This document shows, piece after piece, positions 13,601-25,575 of a DNA stretch of 64,000 bases. Positions within the stretch are counted from its first letter, which is position 1. Every line of letters starts with the position of its first letter. Made by a program: the position numbers and the translations under genes. Under the pieces are notes generated by a model. That model did not search any database, was not told the origin of the DNA, and saw nothing but the letters and a program-made list of their open reading frames with translations. Source of the DNA: Lingula anatina (taxonomy: Eukaryota; Animalia; Brachiopoda); the NCBI GenBank assembly GCA_051362555.1, contig CM120641.1, positions 11,470,001-11,534,000 on the forward strand. The letters are read 5' to 3'.

Positions 13601-16600
13601 CGCAGGGGGATCCAGAATAATTTGAAGGGGGGGGGTGTCCAATTTTTCTAGGAATGACAGGTCTCTGATACGAAGCCAACCCTCGGCCCCTTTGTGGTGG
13701 GGATCAGGGCCTGCTGAATAACTCCAAAATATAATGGTGTTTTGGAGGGAAAATGGTGCCATTTGGAACAGTTTTCAAATGGAGAACATCAGTGTAATTT
13801 TTTTCCCAGGAACCCAAGAGGGGGGGGGGGGTTAGGACCCCCCGACCCCCCTCTAAATCCCCCACGGTTATGATCCCAGTTTTCACCCACAGGCAGCCTT
13901 GCTTACTTACTTTTTTGCATGCCCAGTTTCTCTCTGACAGATCTGTAGAATCGTGAAGATGTGGCCTCACTGTAGAGGTACACCTCCAGGGGGCTGTACC
14001 AGTCCATATGGAACTCTTTAAACTTGATGTTGTGTACAACTACAAAACAAAAGATAATGCAACAAAGTGAAAAATATTGATTTTACAAATTAATTTGGAC
14101 AGATAAAGGTCATATCCAGTCTGGTCATTATTGAGGAATATATACATGATCAATTAAAAAAAACTGATACAAAATGATATAGACATTGCAACATAAGTGA
14201 AGTTCTAAAAACTTATTTATTAAAAATTCAAAACCAAATGAAATATCTGCTGAGACACCATCTGTTCCTACTTCACATTATCTTCCTTGGTCTGCAGCAA
14301 GCAGTCAATCAATCTACATGTTTTATGATAACTAAAGGTTGCAACAAGCAATCAAAAAGTCAGTTCACAGAAAATCAATATTAGTGTGAATGGAGCATGT
14401 ACAGTTGGTAATCAGGTTTATAGCCAATAAGTAATAAACTAAAGACCCCAAATGGAAAGGAACATTGGTATGTTTGCATGTGCCCTGGAGAATTAACACT
14501 TGTTATTTACATGCCTCCATTATCTGTTGCTTTGACATTTACATAATACTTCTTGGTCTTGCTAATGTACAAATTAAAACATTTTTATAAGGTTATGAAT
14601 TATTCTCTGAATGAACCTTTTATTACAAAATACTGCTAGATAATATTTAGGTCTGATGGCTTACGGACTTACATGTCAATTCTGGCAGCACAGCAGATGT
14701 GCCCTAAATGTCTGCACATTATTGAACAGATAGACTATGGAGTTCTCTAGTTTATCTTTAGATAACCAAAGGTTAAGTCCCAAAGGCAAGTTATTTTTTT
14801 CTAAAGACATAATAAATGATTCTGTACAAACTGAAAACAGAAAGAATCCATGTAAACTGAACACTTCACTCTGCTTAATCCAATTGTTGAAAAAAAAAAA
14901 TTATTAAAATGTATATTCACAGTTTCTGAAAATCAAAAGTGAGAACCAGTAAGAAATGAGAATTGTGGAAGAAGCCAGAAAAATGTCAATTTTATTTGTT
15001 TGTTTGTTTGTTTGTTTATTTGTTTGTTCATTCTTTTATTAATTTATCATCATTATCAATATTAGTCACTAAGAGCTAGCATTACTAGAACGTTATATAA
15101 TCTGTCCTATGGCTTTCAGCTTCTGTTTTCTTCAATAGTGTAGGAGAAATAACCCATTTAGTTGAAATAATCCAAAGGAGAAATAACCTATTTAATTGAA
15201 TCAAAGATTTGCACACATGGAAAAAGTCAGTGTATAGCAGGTTTACAATTTTCACTTACAAAGTGTGGCTCATAGGTATGGCCAATTGTAAACTGTAGGC
15301 GATAGCTTATAATATAATACAAATTTATTGATTGTAATGCTTGGGTATTAGCAGAACAATTACTTTATACAATTTTTATTGATATTTCATTACACTGACC
15401 ACTTGAGACAATCTTGGTAATACAAATATCATTTATTTCTGTTTACAGGTAACATGCCAGCAAAAGCAGGGAGAATGATCAATATGTTTCATCTAACGAA
15501 GAAGACAGGTCTTTCATAGAGATATACAATTGCATACTATTAACAGCAGGGTAGCAGATGTTTGTTATATAGTTGAGGGGAAGACTGAATGTTGCACTCC
15601 AATAGAAATCACTCAAGATAGCCAAAATTCTCCTGACTTAGCGTAAAATTAAGCAAGATTTCATAGGATCAGGAGTATGTGGTCAGAAATAGAGGCACAC
15701 TAACAAGCTCCGTGCAGAACTGAACAAGATATATCCAGGGATATTTTTTAGTTGTTTTCTTTTATAGTTGTTCAGTTGTTTTCTGATTGTAAATGCACAA
15801 CAGTACAAAATTGCCATGTTTTGCATGTATAGCTTTTGTATATATTTTTAAAACAACATTTCCAGCCCAAGGAGTTTCCCTGAAAAGTTAACCCCTACCT
15901 AACATGCATTTATGCACATTTTCTAGTCTCATATGATATCATGCAGTGTTGACAACCTCTTTTTAAGCTACCGCGATTGATTTCTATTATATCACAAATG
16001 ATTCTATGTTCTGGACTTTTTCCTGCCAATAATTTGCCTATACTCTCATAAATGACCTTTTACAACCACGATTCATACTGAAAATAAATAAGAAACAGTA
16101 TTATGTTGGAAATACTAATAAAAATTATTGTTGTTGGTTAATACATTAGACTTAAAAAATTGATGATAGCAGACTGGAATCTTACCCATTTTTTCTCCTT
16201 TTGGATTATAGAATGAACTCTGAGCCAAACTCTGTGACTTGAATTTAGCCAGGTGCTCTGTCTCTATCTGGTCAGCATACCCTTCCTCTAATGGCTGCCA
16301 GGAACTCTCATGGAACCAGGTACCCCTCAGGATCTCTGCAGGTTCACCTGATAACAAGATAGTTTCTTTTAGTAATTGTGTCCACCCCCCCCCCCCCTCC
16401 CCCCCACACCAACTCTTTATTACTGATTTGCATGTGATGTCATTCATACATAATGATTTGGCCCAACTGGCTGCAGGAACCGACCCAGGTGTTGAGAAAT
16501 AACATAAGTCCCCATGGGAAATAAGGAGTTGGTATTATGTCAATATTTCATGATATGGCAAATTAAAAGGCCACAGAAATGTGCACCATATCTGCATTAA

Positions 16601-16757
16601 TATATCCTAGAATTACTGTTTAAAAAAACAACTGAGAACTGTATGTCAGGTTGATTCCACTGGAAGATCTAGTTTTTTTTTTTTTGTGGAGGTCAAAAGA
16701 ATAAGAAAAAATTATATAATACATTATTTATAGACTTCCTAACCCCCCCTCCCCCCC

Positions 16758-16788
<31 letters not shown>

Positions 16789-17366
16789 ACACACAAATAA
16801 TGATAACAACAATACACTTTTAAGCATCTACCGGTACACCATAAACACTAAAAAAAGAAATGTCATTATAAAAACGTGTTTAATTTCTGATAAATATTTC
16901 ATCCACATGCCATTTGACCTGTACCTGTCCAGTAAATAGGATAGCATTCCTTGCTCGCCACATCCACCTCATACAAAGCTCCTCGTACAGATATCAGATC
17001 TACATTGATCCCGTCTTCAGTCACTTTCCTCTTTGGTTTATGAAGATTGTCAAGCAAGGCACGGTATTTATATTCAATCCGCAGAGAGTCGTAGCCAGTG
17101 AAAGGCGTCCATTTCTTATCACCCTTTTCCCTATAAAACCACCTGACCTCCCCGGGATCCAGATCAGTGACGATTGTTCTCTGTGGACACAGATATTTCT
17201 TGATGCGAATTGTTTTGGAAGCATTTGAAATCCGAGTTCCTGAAGTCGAACGTGTCTCCAGCTTTTCGGGAGATGTGTGGCTGGGAAGCTCTTCCTCGTA
17301 TGGCGGCGGCCCTTCTGACTGATATAGTGGGTCGGACCTTTCGTCGCCGACAGACGAGTATTCCAT
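5694..17366 (-). CDS. DDHD1: Intracellular phospholipase A1, DDHD1-like
   Basis: Exons 16925-17366, 16186-16347, 13911-14039, 13350-13488, 12347-12465, 11998-12104, 11227-11338, 10861-10937, 10420-10487, 8432-8507, 7975-8124, 7586-7721, 7073-7237, 6229-6486, 5694-5872. Motifs: VRWFY, RGTWF, HLVFVIHGIGQK, EFLPVEWR, MDILYYTSPLYR, lipase nucleophile AHSLG, and the DDHD domain (FFCVGSPL...NLFHPADPIAYRLEPL...RLDY...SHTSYW). No SAM domain was seen, which favours DDHD1 over DDHD2/SEC23IP. Confidence 0.92.
5991..6064. repeat. (TA)n microsatellite
   Basis: Pure TA run in the last DDHD1 intron. Confidence 0.98.
6602..6662. repeat. (TAA)n microsatellite
   Basis: Pure TAA run in a DDHD1 intron. Confidence 0.98.
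8825..9938 (-). mobile_element. Degenerate THAP-domain DNA transposon remnant in a DDHD1 intron
   Basis: ORF 9540-9938 reads MPQTCVAPRC...ICINHF...RKLRNDAVPSIFDF, i.e. the C2CH ligands plus an AVPTIF-type box of THAP domains. TTAA-AGGAATACAG at 8823 resembles a Kolobok-type end. The left boundary is tentative. Confidence 0.7.
11657..11828. mobile_element. Palindromic MITE (PIF/Harbinger-like)
   Basis: GGCTGCATTCACAGCAGCAGA ... TCTGCTGTTGTGAATGTTGCC with an inner inverted pair (GATCAAATATGG / CCATATTTGATC). AAT flanks both sides as a 3-bp TSD. Confidence 0.75.
12720..12848. repeat. Tandem duplication, ~71-bp period, 2 copies
   Basis: TCATAAAATCTAGCAGCAATTTCATCAGGGCTTTATAAATTA...AGTGTGCA occurs twice. 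Confidence 0.9.
13601..13866. mobile_element. G/C-tract MITE in a DDHD1 intron
   Basis: Imperfect inverted ends CGCAGGGGGATCCAGA / TCTAAATCCCCCACG with internal poly-G tracts, in an AT-rich intron. Confidence 0.6.
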
Positions 17367-18339
17367 CTTTTTGCTCTTCCTGTGTTTGTACCATATGACC
17401 ACTGACCTTGACCTTGCCTTCACGGCAAAGTAGCATGTTGACCCGTTGTCATACGTATGTGGTTTCGACAACCACAAAGATTTCTTCCCTGTTTTCAAAT
17501 ATTTTTTTCTGTCTGTTGACAATGAACTTTAGCTGTTATCTTTCGTATTTTCGTTTTTTTTTTTGTTTGTTTGTTTGTTTGTTTGTTTTTGATAAAGATA
17601 ATTTAATGTGACTGCTTGGTAAAGTTGGAAATGGAAAGAAATTAGACCACAATTAGAGTATCATGATGGAATATTGGCTTTAGGCCTACATACAGTATGT
17701 TTACCTTATCTCCACCTTCCTGCACATAAAAAAGACGGCTAATTAATACTTCTATGGGCTAATCTAAGAAGTCCTTTTAGTGACACTTTCTCTCAAAAGA
17801 GGGCGCTATACTCTGGCTGTCTGGCGATGCGACCAACAGACTTTACTTCTTCTCATGCCTGCCATCTCCAACACACGTTCGTTAGAAATTCTCTTCACCC
17901 ACGATATCTTCACAGGACCGCATTTAGTATAGCCTATGAGTAGCAAATAACAAGAAAAAAACAAAAAAAAACTATGTCGGGACTTTTATTTTGAACTTCT
18001 ATATTAAAGTGATGCACTACCCTGTAGCAAGGACCCCATGGGGTTGGATATAGTAACAGTTCACGGGAAACAATATCATCAATTCACAAACCACGGTAAA
18101 TGAAATTTGAAAATCACAGTTGGCAGTCTTATTAGGCTATAGTTAATGCTCCAATGCTTCTCTTTAAATGCTATATTGGTGGTGACTGGTGAGGTGGGCT
18201 TAAAGTTTCTTTTATTTATTCAGATAGGCAAATTTTTCATATGACAACCCCCAAAGTTTGATTCGCCCTCTGACGACATTATTTGCAGTTAGTACACACG
18301 AGATAGCTGACAACTTGTGAAAAGGTTTTAAATTTTCGC

Positions 18340-18465
18340 ATAAGAACCCCTCCTTTTTTAGCTGGGAAAAGGTCCATTCGGGGTAAATTTGATCCAAGTT
18401 TAAGGTTTCATGAAAAAAGGTCCAATTAAAAAAAACCCTTTTGCAATTTCTGGCTACGGGCTTGA
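18340..18465 (-). mobile_element. MITE fragment, same family as 34411-34570
   Basis: CTGGCTACGGGCTTG end and internal GCTGGGAAAAGGTCC / AAGGTTTCATG / AAAGGTCCA blocks are the reverse complement of blocks at 34411-34550. Confidence 0.7.
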
Positions 18466-20420
18466 CACTTAAGAGAAACCACAATATAAAAGACATTTAA
18501 AGTTAACCACACCATTGTTTTTAGAATCATGTGCTACTCAATGGGATTTTCCGGACTTTTTTTTTTTTTTTTTTTTTTACTAGATACACGAGGCAAAAGT
18601 GCTGCCCTGAATTACAGTAGTGGTGTTGAGATCAAAAGTCTCTTTTAAATTTTTGGTCTGCGTACAATTTCCGTGATATCGTGGAATATGTATTTCTCTA
18701 TGAACAGATGACAAACGATGTGTCAGAAATGAATGGGCTGCCGGAAACTTTAAAATGTGAGGATGCAGCTGAATTTGGAGACACTCGAAGTTCACACTCA
18801 ATCAGTGCACCTGAATTGTACCCTGGTTGGTTAATTAAGAATGAAATGCTGAGTTCGGCTCAATGGTATGATTCTTTTTATGCTTTATTAATAGTATAAA
18901 AGAGATAATTAATTCCATTGGATATTCTGGTTAATAGTAGTCTGTGTACCATATTGGTAATGTGCCTACTTTTTGCTCTAAAATAGCGTAAAAAGCGCTT
19001 TCACTGATTTTCAATGTATGAGTCCATTTGAAGAAAACAGGAAAGTAAAAAAATGAAGTGAAAGATATATTCTAACATTCTACTTTTTCTAAAACTTTTA
19101 GCAGAATATGATAAATCTAGTTTTCTGTTTAAATCATGGAGATTTATAAAATTCATGCCTTGTTAGTATGAGGAGTTTTCGCATTCAGTAACGAAGATTT
19201 TATTAACGAAAGTATTTTAATACTTTCGTTTTTTTTCGTACTTTCTTATTAAAATAATAAAAACCCTTTCTGATAATATTAACATGTTATTAGAACTAAC
19301 AAAAATTAGACTGCTCTAAAGGGGTATTACGACATGCACGTTTATTTTACTGACACATTTTGTCCTCAACCTGAACCTATATTTTTCGAAATGCCTAGTA
19401 ACGAAGGTTCTGCAAATTACTTTCTATACTGTATAGGAGAATGCAGTTTTGTCGTGTTTAGTGTAAAGCATTTGACTTCGCCCTGTCACCATATCGTCTA
19501 GCTAATCATGGATGTAGCTGAATTGAGGATTTTTATGGCTAAAATGTTTTTTTTTATCAAACAAATAAAAATTATGACCTGCGGCAAATGTCACTAAGGT
19601 TTTTTTTCTTTTTATAAGTCGGCGCCACCGCGAAAATAGCTGCAAGACATTTATTGCATTATTTAAAATAAACATTCTAGATATTTTCTGAGACGAAGGT
19701 TTAAATTTAGTCATTTTATTTTATTTTTATTTGTTTGTGTGCGTGTGTGTGCGTGTATGTGTCAGCACAGATAAATCTGGTAATTATTTTTTCATATATA
19801 TATATAGTTGCTAGACTGCCGTACGTTAAGTCCCACCTAGACAAACAATTTAGGCCTATCCGCTCGCTTAGGCCTACTTTTAACAAACCAAAAAAAGTTA
19901 AATAGACCTAGGCCTATATACCTAGAATCAGTGTATATAAACATATAGTCAAAAATAATAATATAATAATTTTAATATTAAATAAATAAAATAATAATAG
20001 CGCCTCTTCTAGACGCAAGAAATTCTGTTTCCCGGTGTTTTTAATTAAACATTTAAACTACTTGGAATAAAAACTTGTGTGTGTCGATAGTAGGATGCAG
20101 GGTCCAATACATCCTTATATTGAATCCTAGATTAGGTTGATAAAATTCCGAAGCCGAAGATCAACCCTGGGGCCGACCGTGCCTGGGCCCAATGCACCGC
20201 ATCTCAGTGGCACGTGGAATGTGCGTTATTTACGTGCATGACCTTGACATTGTAAAAAAGAGGTCAACTGAGGTAAGACTTGACTATAGCCATCGCATAA
20301 GATTTCGAACTCAAAACGAAATTAGCATTTTCGTTTATTATATGTTACTATTTCTATTAAATATTAGACATCAATGTTGTTGTTGAAGTTAAATTTAAAG
20401 TACAATTTGTTTACGTTTTA

Positions 20421-20490
20421 CGCTGACTCAGCACTTTCAAATACACTTACTCAGCATTTTTGTTCGGACGGTAAAGTTGCTGACTCAGCA
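20421..20490. promoter_or_regulatory. Cluster of Maf recognition elements (MARE) in intron 1 of the small Maf gene
   Basis: Perfect T-MARE TGCTGACTCAGCA at 20478-20490, a 12/13 match CGCTGACTCAGCA at 20421-20433, and an AT-flanked half site TTACTCAGCATTTT at 20447-20460. Confidence 0.75.
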
Positions 20491-20519
20491 TTATCGTTCA
20501 TTTCAGGTGAAGAGGATTG

Positions 20520-22949
20520 ATGAAAAAAATGGGCAAAAAGACAAAGAAGGTAAGCGAAATTTCGAAACATTGTGCTGATGTGACACTTATGGCTTGAGAG
20601 ATTATAGTTATTATAGTTTGGGGTGTTAATTCTAATTTATTTGTCCTTAAATGTGTACTAGTAACCGGTATATGCAGTGTATCAATATTACAGTACCTGT
20701 ATTGTGTCTCCTCAGGGGCATTGTGAAGGATTGCTTCTGTGACTTAAACCACTTTATTTACACATTCACTAATAAATATTTTGAATTATATTTCCACTTA
20801 AAATCACGTTTGGATAAACTCTAGTATACAAACTACACAGCAGTACGTAGTAGTAGAGATTACTGTAGTAGCACTTTTATATATAATTAACAACATAGAT
20901 TATTCTTTGACAGAGTGTATTCCTACTGTTGCATTCAATGTTCGGTCCCATATTCTGTCTTCAGTTTGTTTGCATCCCTACGGTAAAAGATCACTGAAAG
21001 ATAATAGAACATGAAAAGACAAACAGTGGGAATGAATCATACAACAAAATTTGCAGTTCTCACACCAGGAACTGCTGAATCACAATGTGTAAATACATCA
21101 GACATGAAATGCACTGTAAGAGGAGGAACACGTGGGTGTTTCCTTTCCAATTTTTCAAGAGATAGCAGTAGAAGAGAGATTTAGTAGTTAATATAAGACC
21201 TGAAGGAACAAGCTTAGAGGCAGGTTATTTGCTGTTGTGAATTTATTTTTTGAAGTGGATCATGGACTTTTCTTCACTGCTTAGGAGAATGCAGGGTATG
21301 CAGGGGAGACGAGTAGGTTCTTTTATTTCTTGTATTTTAAAATAATTGATGTGTTATGTTCTGATATGTAATCCCTGGCCGTCAGAAACCTACTAGTATG
21401 CATGGAATGCCAAAGAAAGATATGCGTTAAAACTGTGTAAAATACTTCTGTTGAAACAATTAAGTCCCTATAGCTTGAAAAAAAAAGAAAAACATAATTA
21501 TATACCCAAAATATGATACCTATTTTTTATTGCAAACTTTGACAATGGTCAAGCACAAAAACGGATGATTTTCTGGTATGTGTAATAGGTTGAAATTTGA
21601 GTAAATAATGAAAAAAAAAACTTTTATCATCATCATGGCAATTATAAAAATGTAGTTTTGTCAGAGGTATACCTATGTGAGATTTACTGGTATTATTTGA
21701 GAGTGGTTGTAGTGTATTTCATTGGAGTGCTTTATGCACATGTAGTGGCCTAACTTCAGATACTTGCAGACAATGTTTGTAACTGCCAAAGAATAAGTCT
21801 GGTGAACTTTATCTAGACCTAATGTAGACTAGTCCTCCAGTGCATGCCACCACATCAACAAGACTTCCCACCTACATTACCATGGTGATAAATATATTTG
21901 TTAGCCCAACTGTTGGCAACCTTTTTGTACAGTTTTTATTTATTGATTTTTTTTTTTAAGATTTCAATGAAAGCGACCTTGGATAATGTTTAAAATTATC
22001 GAAAAAGATTGTTGCTTTATATTTCTGGTGCAATGTGTGTTTTATATCAAAATAATTTATTCAAGCATTGTGATAGATGCTTTATACAAATAGAAAACTA
22101 TGTAAATAAAAGCAATTTGTTATTTAGACTTTAAACATATGGCTGTTTTTTATATTTATATATAAGTATTATTTGTTTGTTTATTTTTGTGCATGGACAT
22201 TTCGCATTTTAACTGCATCATATACAGTAAACTGGAACCTTGCTTGTAAGTTTGTAAATTTTCAAAATAAAGTAACATGTACTTTGACGGAGGTTTCAAA
22301 GTTTCTGTAGCTGTCAGAGGAATTCACAAGGACAGGATGCCTGGTCATCATTGTCACAAGATAAATGAGAACTCATTCCTTTGTCTAACTTGCATGTTTT
22401 ACCCATTTTTCAAAACTTTCATTTTTATTGTCAGGTTGAAAATTGATCATTTGTGAGAGAAAATATTAATGTGAATAATTGAGTTAAAAGTTAAGTAATG
22501 TGTGAGTGCAATAATTCTGGAGTTTTGGAATGTACCTTTATATGGTTGTTTTGTATTTTCAGGGGGCAGATGATGGTCCAAGTGAATACATTAGTGATGA
22601 TGAGTTAGTGACCCTCACCGTCCGAGAACTGAACCGTCAGCTCAAGTCCCTCCCCAAAGATGAAGTGACAAAGCTTAAGCAACGAAGGAGAACACTAAAA
22701 AATCGTGGCTATGCTGCTAGTTGTCGTGAAAAACGCATGTCACAGAAGGACGAGTTAGAACTAGAAAGACAGACATTGGCACAACAAGTGGAAAGGCTGA
22801 AAGAGGAAAATGCAAAAGTTCACAAAGAACTGGAAAATTTGAAAAATAAATATGAAACCTTACAAACATTTGCTAATTCTGGAAGTTTTAATACCATTCG
22901 TGTTATCAAGAGAGAGCCCCAGGATACAACTGCCAATTATTTCAACTAG
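20520..22949 (+). CDS. Small Maf bZIP transcription factor (MafF/G/K family)
   Basis: Coding exons 20520-20549 ([10 protein letters not shown]) and 22563-22949. They encode the extended homology region [17 protein letters not shown], the basic region [17 protein letters not shown] and a leucine zipper, with no activation domain. A non-coding exon ends at the donor GAG|GTAAGA near 20272. Confidence 0.95.
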
Positions 22950-24053
22950 TAAACTAAACTTGTCAATAGATGAAGTGGGATGATTGGTCATTCATGTGGG
23001 ATAGAGAAAATTTCGATATTCATAGACTTGCTCAATTTACTTCTTTTTAACTCCATTATTTATTTATTTATTTATTTTGCCATTAGGCCTTCTCCCCCAT
23101 TTGATGGAATCACAATCTGTAACTTCTTGTTGTATGCCAACAACAAACAGATGCGCTGAATGTTAACTTTTGTTGGCATTAAAAGTGGGAAATTTACTCG
23201 AGTATCAGGATTACTGGAGAAATAGAAAAGAAAATTTATCTTTTTAAAGAATTTTTTATTTATTTATTTTTTATTTATATATTATTATTTTTATTTATTT
23301 TTAATTTATTATTATTATTTTATTTTTTATTTTTTTTTTGCCATATGGGTTACATCAAAAGTTTAGTCATTATTGACACAGCTGTGTGTGAAGTGGGATA
23401 ATTGCAAGTAAAATTGTAAATCGTCTGCAATGGTAACAATGAAAAATTTCTTCATGAGCATTGCACCACAGTGTCAGCACTGCATTCTGTAAATATTTCT
23501 TTGTCAGCTTTGTTTTACACAAATAAGTGGGATATGAAGTCGGTTTGTATATCTGACTTTATTTTTAATTTTTTTTTTTTTTTACAACTGCTTGGACATA
23601 CATGTATAGCCATCATCTGCAATTATTGCCGCCTTTGCCATTAGTGTTGCCATCAGTGCACTTTACAGAAGAAGACAATAACCTGTGCTATTTCAGTAAC
23701 ATTCATGTGGGATATTAAACGTGAACATAATAATATTTATTTGGAGATTAAAATCAAATATATTCAATAAACTGTGCAATGTGAAATACTGTATACTCTC
23801 TGCCATAGGCCAGCTGAGTGGTGACGTCAATTTAACTATTAATACTTGCTGTGCAGGAAAGTGTATAAAATTAATCTGAGATATACCTGTAAATATACAG
23901 TGAAAAAATTGGTATGTGGCACTGGTAGAGGGTATGTAAATTACAAATTTGAGAAAAGGAAAAAATTGATGAAAACAATTTATGTAAATTTTAAATGTCA
24001 GCTATTTCATGAATAAAAAAGTCCATTAAAAAGTCATTAAAATACCTGCTTAA

Positions 24054-24375
24054 AGGCACACACCATGAGGATTACCCATCAAAATTGAGTTTTTCTGGTA
24101 CACACGATTATTTATCTATCTCCCTCTGCATTTGGATTCAACCGAAATTGATAAAATTTATAAAGGTTGATTTTAATTTAAAAAGAGTGCCCAGTCTTAA
24201 AAACAGTGACTGTTTTCCTATAAGCTCCAATGAAAATATCAACACTGGGTTAACTTGGGTTAACTCCAAAGTGTTTAGGGGGTTAAATCATTTTAAGGTG
24301 CATGCAAGGTTTTATGGGAAGCCGTGGGTGGCAAAATAAGCATTTTGGGTCTTCTCAAACCCATGGAGTGTACCT
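24054..24375. mobile_element. Kolobok-like MITE in the Maf 3' region
   Basis: TTAA|AGGCACACACCATG ... CATGGAGTGTACCT|TTAG, i.e. inverted ends with a near-TTAA TSD. Confidence 0.75.
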
Positions 24376-25575
24376 TTAGGCCTTAAATAATATTATTGAA
24401 ATTAATATCTAATTTGTTTCAAAATGATTATTTGTCTATGTTCCTAAAGATATCTTTAGATATATTGCACAGATATTACATGTAGCAAAAATCACTGTCT
24501 TGTGTGAAATGATGTTATTTTTATTTTTTAATTTTTATTTATGTACTTTAACAAGCACTTACTTTAAAACCATAATTTAATGTTGATAATGAAAAGAAGC
24601 ACATTTTTGCTTTTGACAAGTGGGATTTGTCATAGCGTATCAGTGGGATAAAAGTTGCTATAAAGTCACTTTCTTGTAAGTGAAGTATATCTTTGTTTTC
24701 ATATCAGAAAAATAAAAAAAGCTGTTTACAGTCTTCAATTTGTCTTCTTAAAACAAATTGTAAACTGCTTCAACAAATATCACTGAAATATGCATTGCTT
24801 TTTCAATACATTAATAAAACTAATAGTTAAAATGCTACATCTTCCACTGAGCAGATACATTTTAAAGTGTATTACTGAATGTAAAAAAAATATATGTCAG
24901 CAAAATTTGTGCTTTTCATAATGTAAGCGATGAAATTTTGAGGGAATACTTCAACAGTCTAGAGTATTAATGCTGTAGCTTTTATTAAATTTTTGAAATC
25001 ATTTGGAGATTTGCTGCGCATGACCTTTAGGGATCTTTATTGGGAAGTTAAAGTTTTTTTTTTTTTTTTTTTTTTGTACAAATGAAAAATTATAACCCAG
25101 CAAATATTTACAGTTATAAAATTAAGGGTACTAACAGGCAAGAAATTTCCCAGCCAGGGAAATCCCAACACTCCTCTTCGCGAGAACGAGGCTCCTATCA
25201 GAAAACTCCATTAATGCAAACGAGTTTCGTGCGGAGAGTTGCGTATGAATTTACCACGGGTGAGCAGGTTCTACACGTTTTATTCAAAGCTTCTGACTCA
25301 ATAGATTAATCAACTTCAAAGTGTCTCCATGCGCACAATCTTTTACAAGAGCGTACTAAGGGGCACTAGTGTTACGGACAGAGCAGGCCAACTTCCCCCT
25401 AGAGAAAGTAAAGTTTGTGAATGTGTGCAGGATTCGTTCATGGCAACCACATTTGGTAATTGTCGTACTTAGTTTCAGATAAGGTTAACGTGTTATACAA
25501 CATTCATTTTCAAAACCTTTACTTTTCTTACTTATATATGGAACACCGTATTAAATTTCAGGTGGTCTTTTCACT

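Noticed and set aside
17367-17522. Upstream in-frame extension of the DDHD1 first-exon ORF
   Set aside because: It starts at a non-ATG codon in the ORF track. The first ATG (MEYSS, 17366) is the simpler start.
24635-24655. CAGTGG as an iron-responsive element loop
   Set aside because: There is no 5-bp upper stem with a bulged C.
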